Shown: piece after piece, positions 36,901-47,765 of the stretch
Layout of the letters: each line of letters starts with the position of its first letter
Numbering within the stretch: position 1 is the first letter of the stretch
NCBI GenBank assembly: GCA_043228905.1
Contig: JBHGNT010000007.1
Coordinates: forward strand, 3,906,001 to 3,970,000
Length of the DNA: 64,000 bases
Direction: 5' to 3'
From: Azolla caroliniana
Lineage: Eukaryota > Plantae > Polypodiophyta
Translations under genes and position numbers: made by a program
The notes under the pieces: model-generated
What the model was told of the DNA's origin: nothing
The model's database searches: none
Seen by the model: the letters and a program-made list of their open reading frames with translations, nothing else

Positions 36901-37531
36901 CGTTAGGAAAGATATTCCGTGAGGAATATATTTGGGAGTTAGTGTAGGAGCTCTTAATGAGTATTGAAGTATTGTCGATACTTCGGTCAGTCCTTCTAGG
37001 ACTTGTATAAAAGTGTTCATTGAACACACATATGTATAGAGTGTGGTGAATAGAGATTGTGTACTGTTGTTGAATATAGGTCTTGTGTTCTCTCTCTCCC
37101 ACTCTCTATGTCTCTCCCGCGTATACTGCGTAAGCTCAAGCTCTCCATTAAACCTGAGTTTTCTTCCTTCTGTTCCGTCTTCATACTTGCTTCCGCACGT
37201 TACTTTTTACAGCGTACACACCAACTAACCAAAGAACTTGCCCTTCATAAAATATCTCTACCACTATAAATCTTCTAAATTCATCTAAAACAATTACTTT
37301 TGGGTGATATTTATCTCTTATAAACATGACAATCCCAGAATAATCCCCATGAACATTGCCAGCATAACATAATGTATAAACCTTAGAAAAACTAATTAAT
37401 CCAACATTACAATGATCTTTATGCTTTACTGCACATAAAACATCCCATTGCTCACTTAACACAATCCTACAAACCTCATGCATTCTAAATCTAGAACACA
37501 ATCCCCTCACATTCCATGTGGTGATCTTCAT
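27931..37531 (-). pseudogene. L1 ORF2 (APE endonuclease, RT, zf-RVT), degenerate and interrupted by copia 31436-37211
   Basis: Motifs MKITTWNVRGL, VGVYA|SN, DFN, SRLDR, SDH, WRPISLMGGMYKIFAKVIANRL, LDIEKTYDNVD, VKQGCPVSPLL, ALADD and CxxC..HRFISC. Confidence 0.92.
31436..37211 (+). mobile_element. Full-length Ty1/copia element, LTRs 31436-31892 and 36755-37211, degenerate gag-pol starting at 31965
   Basis: Near-identical 457-bp TG...CA LTRs and PBS TGGTATCAAAGC at 31893. Motifs CWYCGKKGHRESEC, WYVDSGTS, NGVAERKNR, LLYVDDL and CDNLSSIQLAKN. Stops, and a frameshifting microduplication near 33460. Confidence 0.96.
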
Positions 37532-39393
37532 ACTTTATTTTTACCTTTTATTCGAGAAATCTCCTTCTCTTTCACTGCCAATGTTTCTGCCATATCTTGA
37601 AATAAATCCCCTACGATTGCATATGAATTACTATGGGAATGCAAAACTCCAGACCCTGATGGCTCCTCATGTGAACAAGGCACCGATTTTCGTTTATTCC
37701 ACGAAGCATACAAATTACCTTTATTATGAAAAGATAATTTCTTTGGATAGTCCTCTTGACGAGCCCATGGTTTATTCCGCATGGGATTTGTTTGTTAAAT
37801 CAATGTGACCTTCTCCATAGATACATTATGCCCAACATTCTTATTAAACTTCTTCATCTTTCTAGAAACTATTGACCATTGCCCTTCATCCTCTAGAGTC
37901 TTTCCATCCTTGTCATTCACAATTTGTGGCTCCTTTGTTTGCTCCAAAGTTTGAATCTAATCATGAGTTGTAGGCTCTTCATGTACCACTTCCACTACAT
38001 TATTTCTTTTCTGAGTACACTCAACCATAAAATGCCCCAACACACCACAATGGAATCAATGTCCTCCAAATGTACCCCATTTAAGCCGAAAATACATGGG
38101 AGGCATACCAGAGCATACAATCTATAAACAACTTGGCCTCTTTATAGTAGTATTCCAAAAAATACACATTCAATATCGATTTTGAGCATTAGCACTAGGA
38201 GGCACCAAGATCTTTCCCAACTTTTCCATTGTTGATTGTAATATTGGCTAGACCATTGAATATGTGCACTCTACCTCAACCCATACAAGACACTCTTGCT
38301 TTAATATATCTCGGTATTCCATTAGTGGCCTCCGTGGAACAATATGAACCAAACTTTTCTCATAAAAAACTGGCAATTTATTGAGTAATTTCTCTTTATA
38401 CTCTTGTGATAACACGTTCGCATTCACAAGTGGAAGGATTGCGCATTCCACTTGTAGAATCTTCTTAAAACGAAGCAAATACACCCTCTCTACAAAAATT
38501 GGATGCACTAGTATCACATGTTCCTCAACTTGATGAGAATTTGCAAATATAAAAATACATGATAGGTCTACGAGTGGAGATCATTAGAAATCATGCAAGT
38601 TTAGACGCGTTGATAAGTTAATGTAGGCATAATAAAGTTCAACAATGGCTCAATATGTCACTACTGTGCGACAAGGGAAACACTAACTTAAAGACTTATA
38701 TTAATTAGGTAAGTTTTACAAAAATATCAGGTGTACTTGTATCCATACTAATAAAATGAGTTATAATTTATACTTTGACCCATACGTGCATGTATGTAAT
38801 TGTGGAAAATGTAAGATAGTGCACATTAGGATAAGTGATTGGAATAACTAACTTATTAAAGTATTCAATACTTGTATTTAAAGTTGATCTAATCTATTCC
38901 TCAGTTTGTTCATATGGGATCAAACCATACGTATATAATTGCGGACAATGTAAGGCAGTGAACTTTAGGATAATGTCGTGGAAATAACAAACCTATTAGG
39001 CTTTCATACCTGTATTTAAAATTGATCTACTCTATTGCTTAGGTGATTCACACAGGATCAAATTCTGAACGATAATGCAACTGGAACCATTATCAACACA
39101 CTACACAATCTAAGCAGCAATGGAATAGAAACATAATAGTTTTAACAATAGAAGACAAAGATCCATAATAACAACATGGACAGTCATGGCAACAATTGTA
39201 GGGCCATGTTCTGTTAAGGTTAGCTTGGACCAAAATCAGCCTCAATTTAAACTAATTCATGTTTCTCCATAAATTTGGTAGTCAGCTATGCACGCGGTGA
39301 AACCAATGTCATAAATCTACTAACCAAGTATATAAATATAAATTTGAAACATATAGAAGATTATAAAGAATAGAATCCACTAGGTAAAACCCA

Positions 39394-42300
39394 TGAGAAC
39401 GTAAGTGTTTGCGGAAGCGTAAAACAGAGAACAACACAGAGAGAGAGAGAGACAGAGAGAGACAGAGAGAGCAGAACACAATTTCAAAATTATATCAAAA
39501 CTCTGTACACACACTGTGCTAAGTAGCACTATTTATACAAGTCCTCTTGGGACTGACAGAAGTACCATGTACTTCAATGCTCACACGAGCATCTGACACT
39601 TACTACGAGACTATAGCTACCTAGTAGTCTATCCTATACTAGGCTTCCGATTGGACTTCCGGTTACGGATTGCACCCGGCGTCCACTGCTTACCGGTTCG
39701 GTTGCTCACCGTACTACCAATCCGTCTCGCTTACCGGCTCCGGCTTATTCAACCGATCCGGCTGCGGTTGAGCTTGCCGCTCAACACTCCCCCTCAAGCT
39801 CAACCTGAGGTGGGGTCGTAGTGTCGACCTCTGTGGCAGTCGGTTCTTCCAACCGACTTCTCCTGGCGTCACTCCGCCTTGCTCGCGCTCCTCGTCCGGT
39901 CCAGTCCCGTTTGCCGCGACCCCTTTGGTTCTGCGCGCCTCGACCCTCTCGGTCGGCATGTCTGCTCAATAGACCCATCTCAGCACTCACGTTGTTGTGA
40001 CTCCGGCACTTGTCGATCCGTCGGTTCTCCCACGATGGCATCAACTTCCGCTGTGACCGTGTCCCCTTGGCCTTCAGTCGATCCGACTCGTCCAGATCCA
40101 TCTGTTGATCCGAGTCAGCTGTCTCCGACTCATTCCAGCTCTTGTCTGAATCGGTACTCTCCGATTCGACTTCCGGCTTCAGGCCTCTCACCACATCGGA
40201 CCACTTCCGAGTCTTGGCCTTCTCCATGCTTCCCTCAGCTTCTTCAGCCGGTGAACCGAAATCGAATTCTCCATTCGACTCCGCATCATGGTCAGTACCG
40301 TCATGATGACTTCCGCACAGCATGCACTTCTCTTCCTGAGTGCACAACTCTTCTTCACAGCCGCTTGCTCCGACCTGTTCGGATGTGTCGACTTCCTTCG
40401 TCGACTCGGCTTCCTTCATCTTCTTGTCTCCTCTTCTTCCGGCTCTCCTCTTACCGACGGGTTCAACAGCTCTTTGGCCTTTGCCCGTATCGGTAGAGAC
40501 TTTGCCCTTGCTTCTCCCCCTCAAGTGCGGCACATCGAGATGCTGAATACCAAGCATGTCGGTAAAGTGCTGCAACTTGTCCGATCCGAGCGGCTTGGTG
40601 AAGATGTCGGCAACTTGCCGATCCGTATGAACATACCGTAGGTCAACTTCACCGCTTAGGACCCGCTCACGCACAAAGTGGTAGTGCATCTCGATGTGCT
40701 TTGTGCGAGCATGGAACACAGGGTTCCTGGCGAGCTGCAGGCTGCTCATGTTATCGCAGTAAATCGGGATCGGGGTCGGTACCTCGATCCGCAAGTCTCG
40801 CAGCAGTCGCCGAAGCCAGATGGCTTCACAAGTGGCAACGGTAGCGGCCCGGTACTCAGCCTCAGTGCTTGACAAAGCCACTGTGGGCTGCTTCTTGCTG
40901 CTCCATGCAACGGCCGCGCTACCTATGGAGAACATGTATCCGGAAGTGGGGCGGCAATCAGACGCATCGTCGGCCCAGTCAGCATCTGTGTAACCGACAA
41001 GCTCTTCGGGTATACCTCGTCGGTATAGCAGTCCCCGGTCCTTAGTGCCGCTGACATACCATAATATTCGTTGCGCGCACTGAAGGTGCTCCACGGTCGG
41101 CTTCTGCATGAACTGACTTACCATGCCAACCGGATAGCTGATGTCGGGTCGGGTGATGGTTAAGTAGATCAGGCTTCCGACAACCTGTCGGAACCGTTTC
41201 TCATTGCAGGCCGGTCCAGAGTTGGGACGGACTTTCTGGTTCCGGTCTAGGGGTGTGGAGATAGGTCGTCAATCCGTCATGCCAAACTTATACAGCATAT
41301 TCAACACGTAATGTCGTTGTGAGAGCAATATGCCGTCGGGGGTCCGGATCACTTCGATCCCAAGAAAATAATGAAGGTCCCCCAGGTCCTTCATTTCGAA
41401 TGCGTCCGACAACTGGGACTTAACGCGGTTGATTTCGGGAAGACCCGGTCCGGTGATGACTAAATCATCCACATACAAGAGTATACATACCGGACCGTCA
41501 GAGCCTTGCCGGATGAACAACGAAGAGTCCGACTTAGAGACAGCAAACCCCAGCTTACGCAACCGGTGCGTGATCTTCGAGTTCCAGGCTCGGGGGGCTT
41601 GCTTCAAGCCGTAAAGCGACTTCTTCAGTCGGCATACCGCCGACTTGTTCATCTCCGATTGAAATCCGGGGGGCTGAGTCATAAAGACTTCTTCTTCAAG
41701 CTCTCCTTGAAGGAAGGCGTTCTTCACATCCATCTGGTGAAGATGTCACCCCCTTGCTGCAACAACCACCAGTACCACACGAACCGTCGTCATCTTTGCC
41801 ACAGGAGCAAAGGTCTCTTCGTAGTCGATTCCATGGGTCTTCGCGTATCCCTTCGTCACTAACCGGGCTTTGTACCGGTTAACAGAACCGTCGGCGTTCT
41901 ACTTGACCTTGTACACCCACTTGCATCCGATCGGTTTACAGTGACGGGGAGGATCAACTAGGTCCCAAGTTTCGTTGGCATCGAGTGCCCGCATTTCTTC
42001 GTCCATAGTGGCACGCCAATTTGCGTCCTTTGTCGCTTCTGCGTAGCTCTCCGGCTCACGCACTTCTGTCACCTTAGTCATGTACGCATAATGATGCGCC
42101 ATGTATTCATTGTACCCGTACCGCATGACGGGATCCTTCTGGCGGGTTGATCGGCGTAATGCACCGTCACCTGATTTGAGGCCCTTCTTGGCCAGTTCGG
42201 TCTTCGTTGCCGAAGATCCGCCTTTCTCCTTTCCGGAGTCGGATACGCACCGATCCAACTCATCGTTGCCGGTTTCGAATTCCGGCATCTTCCTCTTCCC

Positions 42301-45297
42301 CTTCTCTTTGCGCGTGAACCGTTTCCTCGGTTCCTTGCGCGGGGAGAGCACGGCAGAGTCTCCACCACTTGCCGTCTCTTCATCCGACTGGTCCAACCGA
42401 CTCAGTCGCTCGTTCGGTCCAGTCAACCGTAACGATTCCGGACTCTCATCTTGAGTCCCGGCTTCATCATCCTCTGCCAGGGCTGATTCAGGCTCACTAG
42501 CCTGATCTTCCGACATTGGGTCGGGATCGGAAGTTGGAGTCGGTACGGAGTACCAGGATGCCAATTCATCGAACTCGACATCCCGGCTAACTCGGACTTC
42601 CTTCGTCCGGGGGTTATAGCACTTATACCCCTTTTGCTCTTGAGCATAGCCGACTAGGATGCATTTTTCCGATTTTGCATCCAGCTTTCTCCGCTTCTGA
42701 TCCGGCACATGCACATACGCTATGCTGCTGAATATCCGAAGGTGTCTTAAGTTCGGCTTGCGCCCGAAATACAGCTCATGAGCTGACACCTTGTCACCAA
42801 TGCGGTTTTGAATGTAGACGGTCGTCCGGACCGCCTCCGCCCAGTAGAACCAGGGCATGCTCTTCTCCTCCAGCATTGCCCTTGCCGCTTCGACGAGTGT
42901 CCGGTTCTTCCTTTCGGCCACACCGTTTTGCTCCAGTGTGTATCTGCAACTGAACTCTCGCCGAATTCCCTTCTGCTGCAGATAACTAGTGAATTGGCCG
43001 GAAAAATATTCCTTTCCGCCATCTGACCGAAGGCATTTGATCTTCCTCTCCGATTCCCGTTCCACCATCTTCTGGAGGCTCCGGAAACAGTTGAAGACTT
43101 CGCTCTTCCACTCAATGAGGTAGATCCAAGTATGTCGAGTATAGTCGTCGATGAAGGAGACGAAGTATCGGCTCCTGCCAAGGCTTACACTTTGTGCCAG
43201 TCCCCACACATCCGAATGGATGAGATCGAGCTTGTTACGGCTCCGGTTCCGTTCGGTGGGGAATGGAAGCCGGTGTTGCTTCCCAAGTTGGCAGGCTTCA
43301 CAAATTTCGGCTCTCCGGCCGCTGAACTTCGGCAAATCGAAAACGACTTGTTTCGTTTGCAGGTCTTGAAGCCTCCGGTAGTTGACGTGGCGCCTATCCG
43401 CTTGTGCCACAGGTCGATGTCCGACTCGACCTTCTGTCGTTTCGCGAATAGAGCGGTGCCAAAGTCATTGGTGTTGAGGATAAACATCCTCCCGTCTCTG
43501 CGCCCTTGCGCAATGACTTCACCCTCATCCTCAATGAAGCACCCGAGGTGCGTAAACCGCACCTGCATCCCCTGGTCGACAATCTGACCGACGAACACCA
43601 GGTTCTTCGTGATTGTCGGAACGTGTAATACGTTCATCAGCTTCCCTTTCTGTCCAACGTGGCTTAGAGGGACTTCTCCGACGTGCACGATTGGGTGAGG
43701 AGTGTCGTCTCCGGTTTCGACTACTCCTGGTTGATCCGGTTTCTCCAAGAAGGAGAACCACTCTTTGTGGCTCGTCATGTGGTTCGACGCGCCGGAATCA
43801 ACATACCACACTTCCTCCATTTTGGAAGTGGTCTTCTTCATTGAGTTTGCCTTGTGATTCATCACCAAGGTTGGCCCCTTACCGGCCTTTTTGGTTCCGG
43901 TTCCGGATCCTCCTGATCCATTTGCATAGTGCGAGTTTTGCCAGCCACCCTTACCGGTCTTGCCGGATCCGGATTTGTCCGAATCGGCACGCTTTTTCCA
44001 GCACTCGCTTTCCTTGTGGCCTTTTTTGCCACAGTACCAACATTCCGTAGCGGATTTGTCTTGCCGGCCTTCGGCACCGCCTTGACTCCCCCTGCTTGTG
44101 GAAGTCCCGGAACTGTTGTCGGCACACTCATAGTGCCTTCGTTCCTGCTCTTGTCGGCCGCCTCCATTGCATGCCGACCCACCTCTTCCACCACGCCCAC
44201 GGAGCCGATCCGTTCCCGTGTACAACATTTGGCTGTCCGGGGATGCACTGGTAGATGCACCGGCGTGGTTCTCCTCTACAAGGAGCATCGACTGTAAGTC
44301 GAAGAATGAGGGGGTATTCTCCCTTGTACACACCGCAGTCCGGAACGCTCCGAACTTGGACGCCAAGCCTCCGAGACATACCTGCACCATCTCGTCTTCC
44401 TCTACGGTAACATTGATAGAAGCGAGCGAGTTGCAGATTTCCTTTATCCGGCCCGTGTAGTCTGCCACGGACATGTTCTTCTGTCGAAATTGCTCAACTC
44501 TTGTCTGAGTTGCAGCTTCCGGGCAGTGGTGCTTGCGGCGAAAACCTTTTTCAGGTTCCCCCAAGCATCCTTCGGTGTCTTGGCGTCACGGATGTGGCTG
44601 AGCAGCTGATCGCCGACACTGGACGCGAAGCAGTACATCACCCTACTTGCCGCCTATTCCCATACTGGGAAGTCCTTGTGTGCCGAGTCGGGCGCCGCAT
44701 CATTCACTCCTTCGACATAACTCCAGTACCGGTGTCCAAGCAGGTACTAGTGCATCTTGTAAGACCAGGATGCGTAGTTGCTCCTATCGAGCTTCTCCAC
44801 CGGGAGCGACGTAGCCATGCCTCTATCCATGTCTTCTACTGTGTCTGTTTTCAACCTGTTAGGATTTTCTTCTCGCGCTTTGATACCATGAGAACGTAAG
44901 TGTTTGCGGAAGCATAAAATAGAGAACAACACAGAGAGAGAGAGAGAGAGAGACAGAGAGAGACAGAGAGAGACAGAGAGAGCAGAACACAATTTCAAAA
45001 TTATATCAAAACTTTGTACACACACTGTGCTAAGTAGCACTATTTATACAAGTCCTCTTGGGACTGACAGAAGTACCATGTACTTCAATGCTCACACGAG
45101 CATCTGACACTTACTACGAGACTATAGCTACCTAGTAGTCTATCCTATACTAGGCTTCCGATTGGACTTCCAGTTACGGATTGCACCCGGCGTCCACTGC
45201 TTACCGGTTCGGTTGCTCACCGTACTACCGATCCGTCTCGCTTATCGGCTCCGGCTTATTCAGCCGATCCGGCTGCGGTTGAGCTTGCCGCTCAACA
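39394..45297 (-). mobile_element. Full-length Ty1/copia element, 5' LTR 44889-45297, 3' LTR 39394-39786, degenerate gag-pol
   Basis: TSD ACCCA (39389-39393 and 45298-45302); the empty site is visible at 63674-63693. PBS TGGTATCAAAGC at 44888-44877 and PPT at 39787-39797. Motifs CWYCGKKGHKESEC, WYVDSGAS, RSDGGKEY and LLYVDDL. Confidence 0.97.
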
Positions 45298-45365
45298 ACC
45301 CAAAATTTGTATTAATAATGTGAAATCCTAACAAATTGTCAGTGTCATTTTCTTCATAGAGTCTA

Positions 45366-47765
45366 TTACATAGCAATCAATTCATCAACGTCATTTTCTT
45401 CATCATCTTGTGTAGAACTCTCTTCGGCTATACGTGCATTGGCTTCCCCTGTCAGCCGAGCCAACGAAATATCTTCTATAAGCTCATCATCAAGCTCTAT
45501 TAGCTCCCTCGGTTTGCCGGCTAACGAAGGAATAGGCTCTCGCGAAGCAGGTTGAAACCGTTCTGTATTAGCGAGGTTCTTTGCACCGACCTCCTCATCC
45601 TGGTCTGGGCACTCCCACAAAGCCTTAATCCGCATATTAATAAATATAACCTGGTCCTCGTCCTTCTCCAATGCAACTGTATTTCTAAAGAGCTTCAATG
45701 CACATGCAGATGTCGTTCCTGTGATGTAAGTAACAAGAAGATTTAGTTGTCAAACGAAAAAAAAAGGGATTGGTTATCTCAAGATCGTTACCCTAGTTCG
45801 AGGAATACCTGTGCCAGAAAAGAGATCTAATATCCAGTCTCCTTTGATAGAAAACATCTCGATCAAGCGCATCATAAGTCGTTGAGGTTTTTGATATGGG
45901 TTGACAAGTCCCCGTTCTATCGTGGTGACATGTCGCAATTTCCGTGTCACTGCTGGATATACCAACAGATTTGAACCTCCCACTTCATTAGAATGCTCCT
46001 TGATTCTCTCTTTCTTAATTTCATCGAAGTAGCCAACCATGATGTATTCAATGGCATTAACGAACAGAAAAGTTGGCCCTCTATTTACATTGGTCTTGAT
46101 CCTATAAAAAATAATACATCAGGTTAAGAATAGATTGAACAACCTTAAGAAATGCAATATAGTGAAAGACACCTATAAATAATCCTTACCATGCAAGGTT
46201 CTCGATGCCATGGCAACGAGATCTCAATGCTTGAGCTACCGAGTACCCTTGGTCCATACTATGAAAGACAACTATTCGCCACAACGATGCAGTCGTTAGC
46301 TCAGCGAAATGCTTGACCATCTTCTCCAATTGTTTAAACCTAAACGGTTCATCGTCGTATGATGACCCAGCCATTCGAAATCTGTAAGGAATATCCGCAA
46401 TCATTAGCGTATATTCCTTCTTTGGCACCTTTTGGATCAAGTCGACGACATCACCGCAAACCACATTGTAGTAAAGATCTCTCGTAATATCTTTTTTGTG
46501 GCTAAATTTTTTAAAGGAGCCATCTTCCTCCATTTCATACACCTTGACTAAGCGACGATCCTTTTCTTTTCTGGCTCGCTCGAGATGTGCAAGGAAGGAT
46601 GTAGGGAAATCGTGTATATCCTTAACTTCTCCTTGTTTCTTGCCTCGACACGGTTTCTAATAGAAGCAATAGGACATCAGGTATTATTATACAAGCTCTA
46701 CATATGATGAAAGGGTAATGAAAAACCATCAATACTAACCCAATCCTTGAATGCAATAAAATACTCTGATAACGCCTTATATGAAGACATTAGAGGATAA
46801 TCCTAGGTCACTTGTTCCCAAGTTATACATCCAAGTTGTTTCATCATAACTTCTTAGATCTTCATGTACACCTCATGACTATAAAATTAGAAATCAAGAT
46901 TAGAACTTTGAATTACACCAGATAGACTACAATTTCAGTATTTGAAAGACTTACTTATTGAACTCAGTGACCATTTCTTCAAGGCTTAAATCCTTCGCCA
47001 CAACCCTTGACAAAACAGACACAAGAAGCTGCTCGTCCTTAATACCTTGCATCGCTCTCCACAGAGACAGCTTCATGTCGTCTACCGCTTCTTCAATTGT
47101 CAAGTCAATTTTCTTGGCGGCTTGTGACTTTAACTCTAGTTGAGGGTCGAACTTACATTTCTTTTGTCGTTGACCCTTTACCTCTTTATTCTCCCACATT
47201 GAGAAGATTTGATCTTGTAGGTCCCATACTTCTCCATCTCTAAACGCCAATTGAAACCAAGACTCATATTTTCAAAGACCATCGGACTTAACATTATCAT
47301 CTACAACAATGCCGACTTCATGCAAACATTGACGTTGTAGGCCTGGATGTAACTTCACACCAAACTTTTGTTTCACGTCTAAATACTCGTGGTGGAAGAA
47401 CCGTATACGCTCAATGGACGACATTTTCTGCCTATAGTCATTATCATTATTATGGTCCCATGCCAACAGCTTAGCCTCTTCGGTTGTGAGCCCAACATAA
47501 ATTTTGCACTCGGCATACTTGAAGAAGAAAGTCGTTGGATGTTCTCTCACAAGTTGCCGACGTGCCTCTGTTGAATGCGATCCACCAATGACAAAGTAAT
47601 TATATTGATCATGCTTTCTAATATCAAAATCTTCAATGGTTTCACATTCTTCAGGATCTACCATAACAATGAAAGGCACCACAGTGGCATGAGGATTAAT
47701 TTTCATTTTTTTCTTGAGATTTTGAACATGCATGCGGTGTGGCTCTCTAATCTCAAGTGGTCGAC
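45366..47765 (-). pseudogene. 5'-truncated spliced gene: ParB/Srx-like N-terminal domain + beta-class N6A/N4C DNA methyltransferase + acidic tail (exons 47765-46955, 46878-46740, 46656-46190, 46101-45809, 45718-45366; about 686 codons, 3 premature stops)
   Basis: Four GT-AG introns (76, 83, 88, 90 nt) join the exons in one frame. MTase motifs occur in beta order: VVCGDVVDLI, LMIADIPY, NLAWIK, IEYIMVG, NPYQKPQRLMMRLIEMFSIKGDWILDLFSGTGTTSACALKLFRNTVALEKD. The ParB-like part reads IREPHRMHVQNLKKKM..VPFIVMV..YFVIGGSHSTEA..IYVGLTTEEAKLLAWDHN. Stops at 47274, 46856 and 46805. Confidence 0.9.

Larger units (their letters stand above)
38413..47765 (-). mobile_element. Unclassified insertion (about 3.4 kb net of a nested copia) carrying a ParB-like/DNA methyltransferase gene; hairpin end, no TSD
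   Basis: It interrupts L1 ORF1 precisely. 38413-39393 plus 45303-45616 is near-identical to 62704-64000, with different flanks beyond the shared end. Stem ACAAGTGGAA/TTCCACTTGT at 38426-38455; diverged ~145-bp subterminal repeats at 38779-39062. Confidence 0.82.

Noticed and set aside
38413-47759. CACTA/CMC-type termini (CAC...GTG) for the methyltransferase element
   Set aside because: The inverted match is only 3 bp, there is no TSD, and the L1 ORF1 register fits better with the boundary at about 47765.
45366-47765. Bacterial contamination or a prophage restriction-modification gene
   Set aside because: It has four spliceosomal introns, is nested in a plant L1, is interrupted by a copia with a TSD, and recurs next to a plant GH3 gene.
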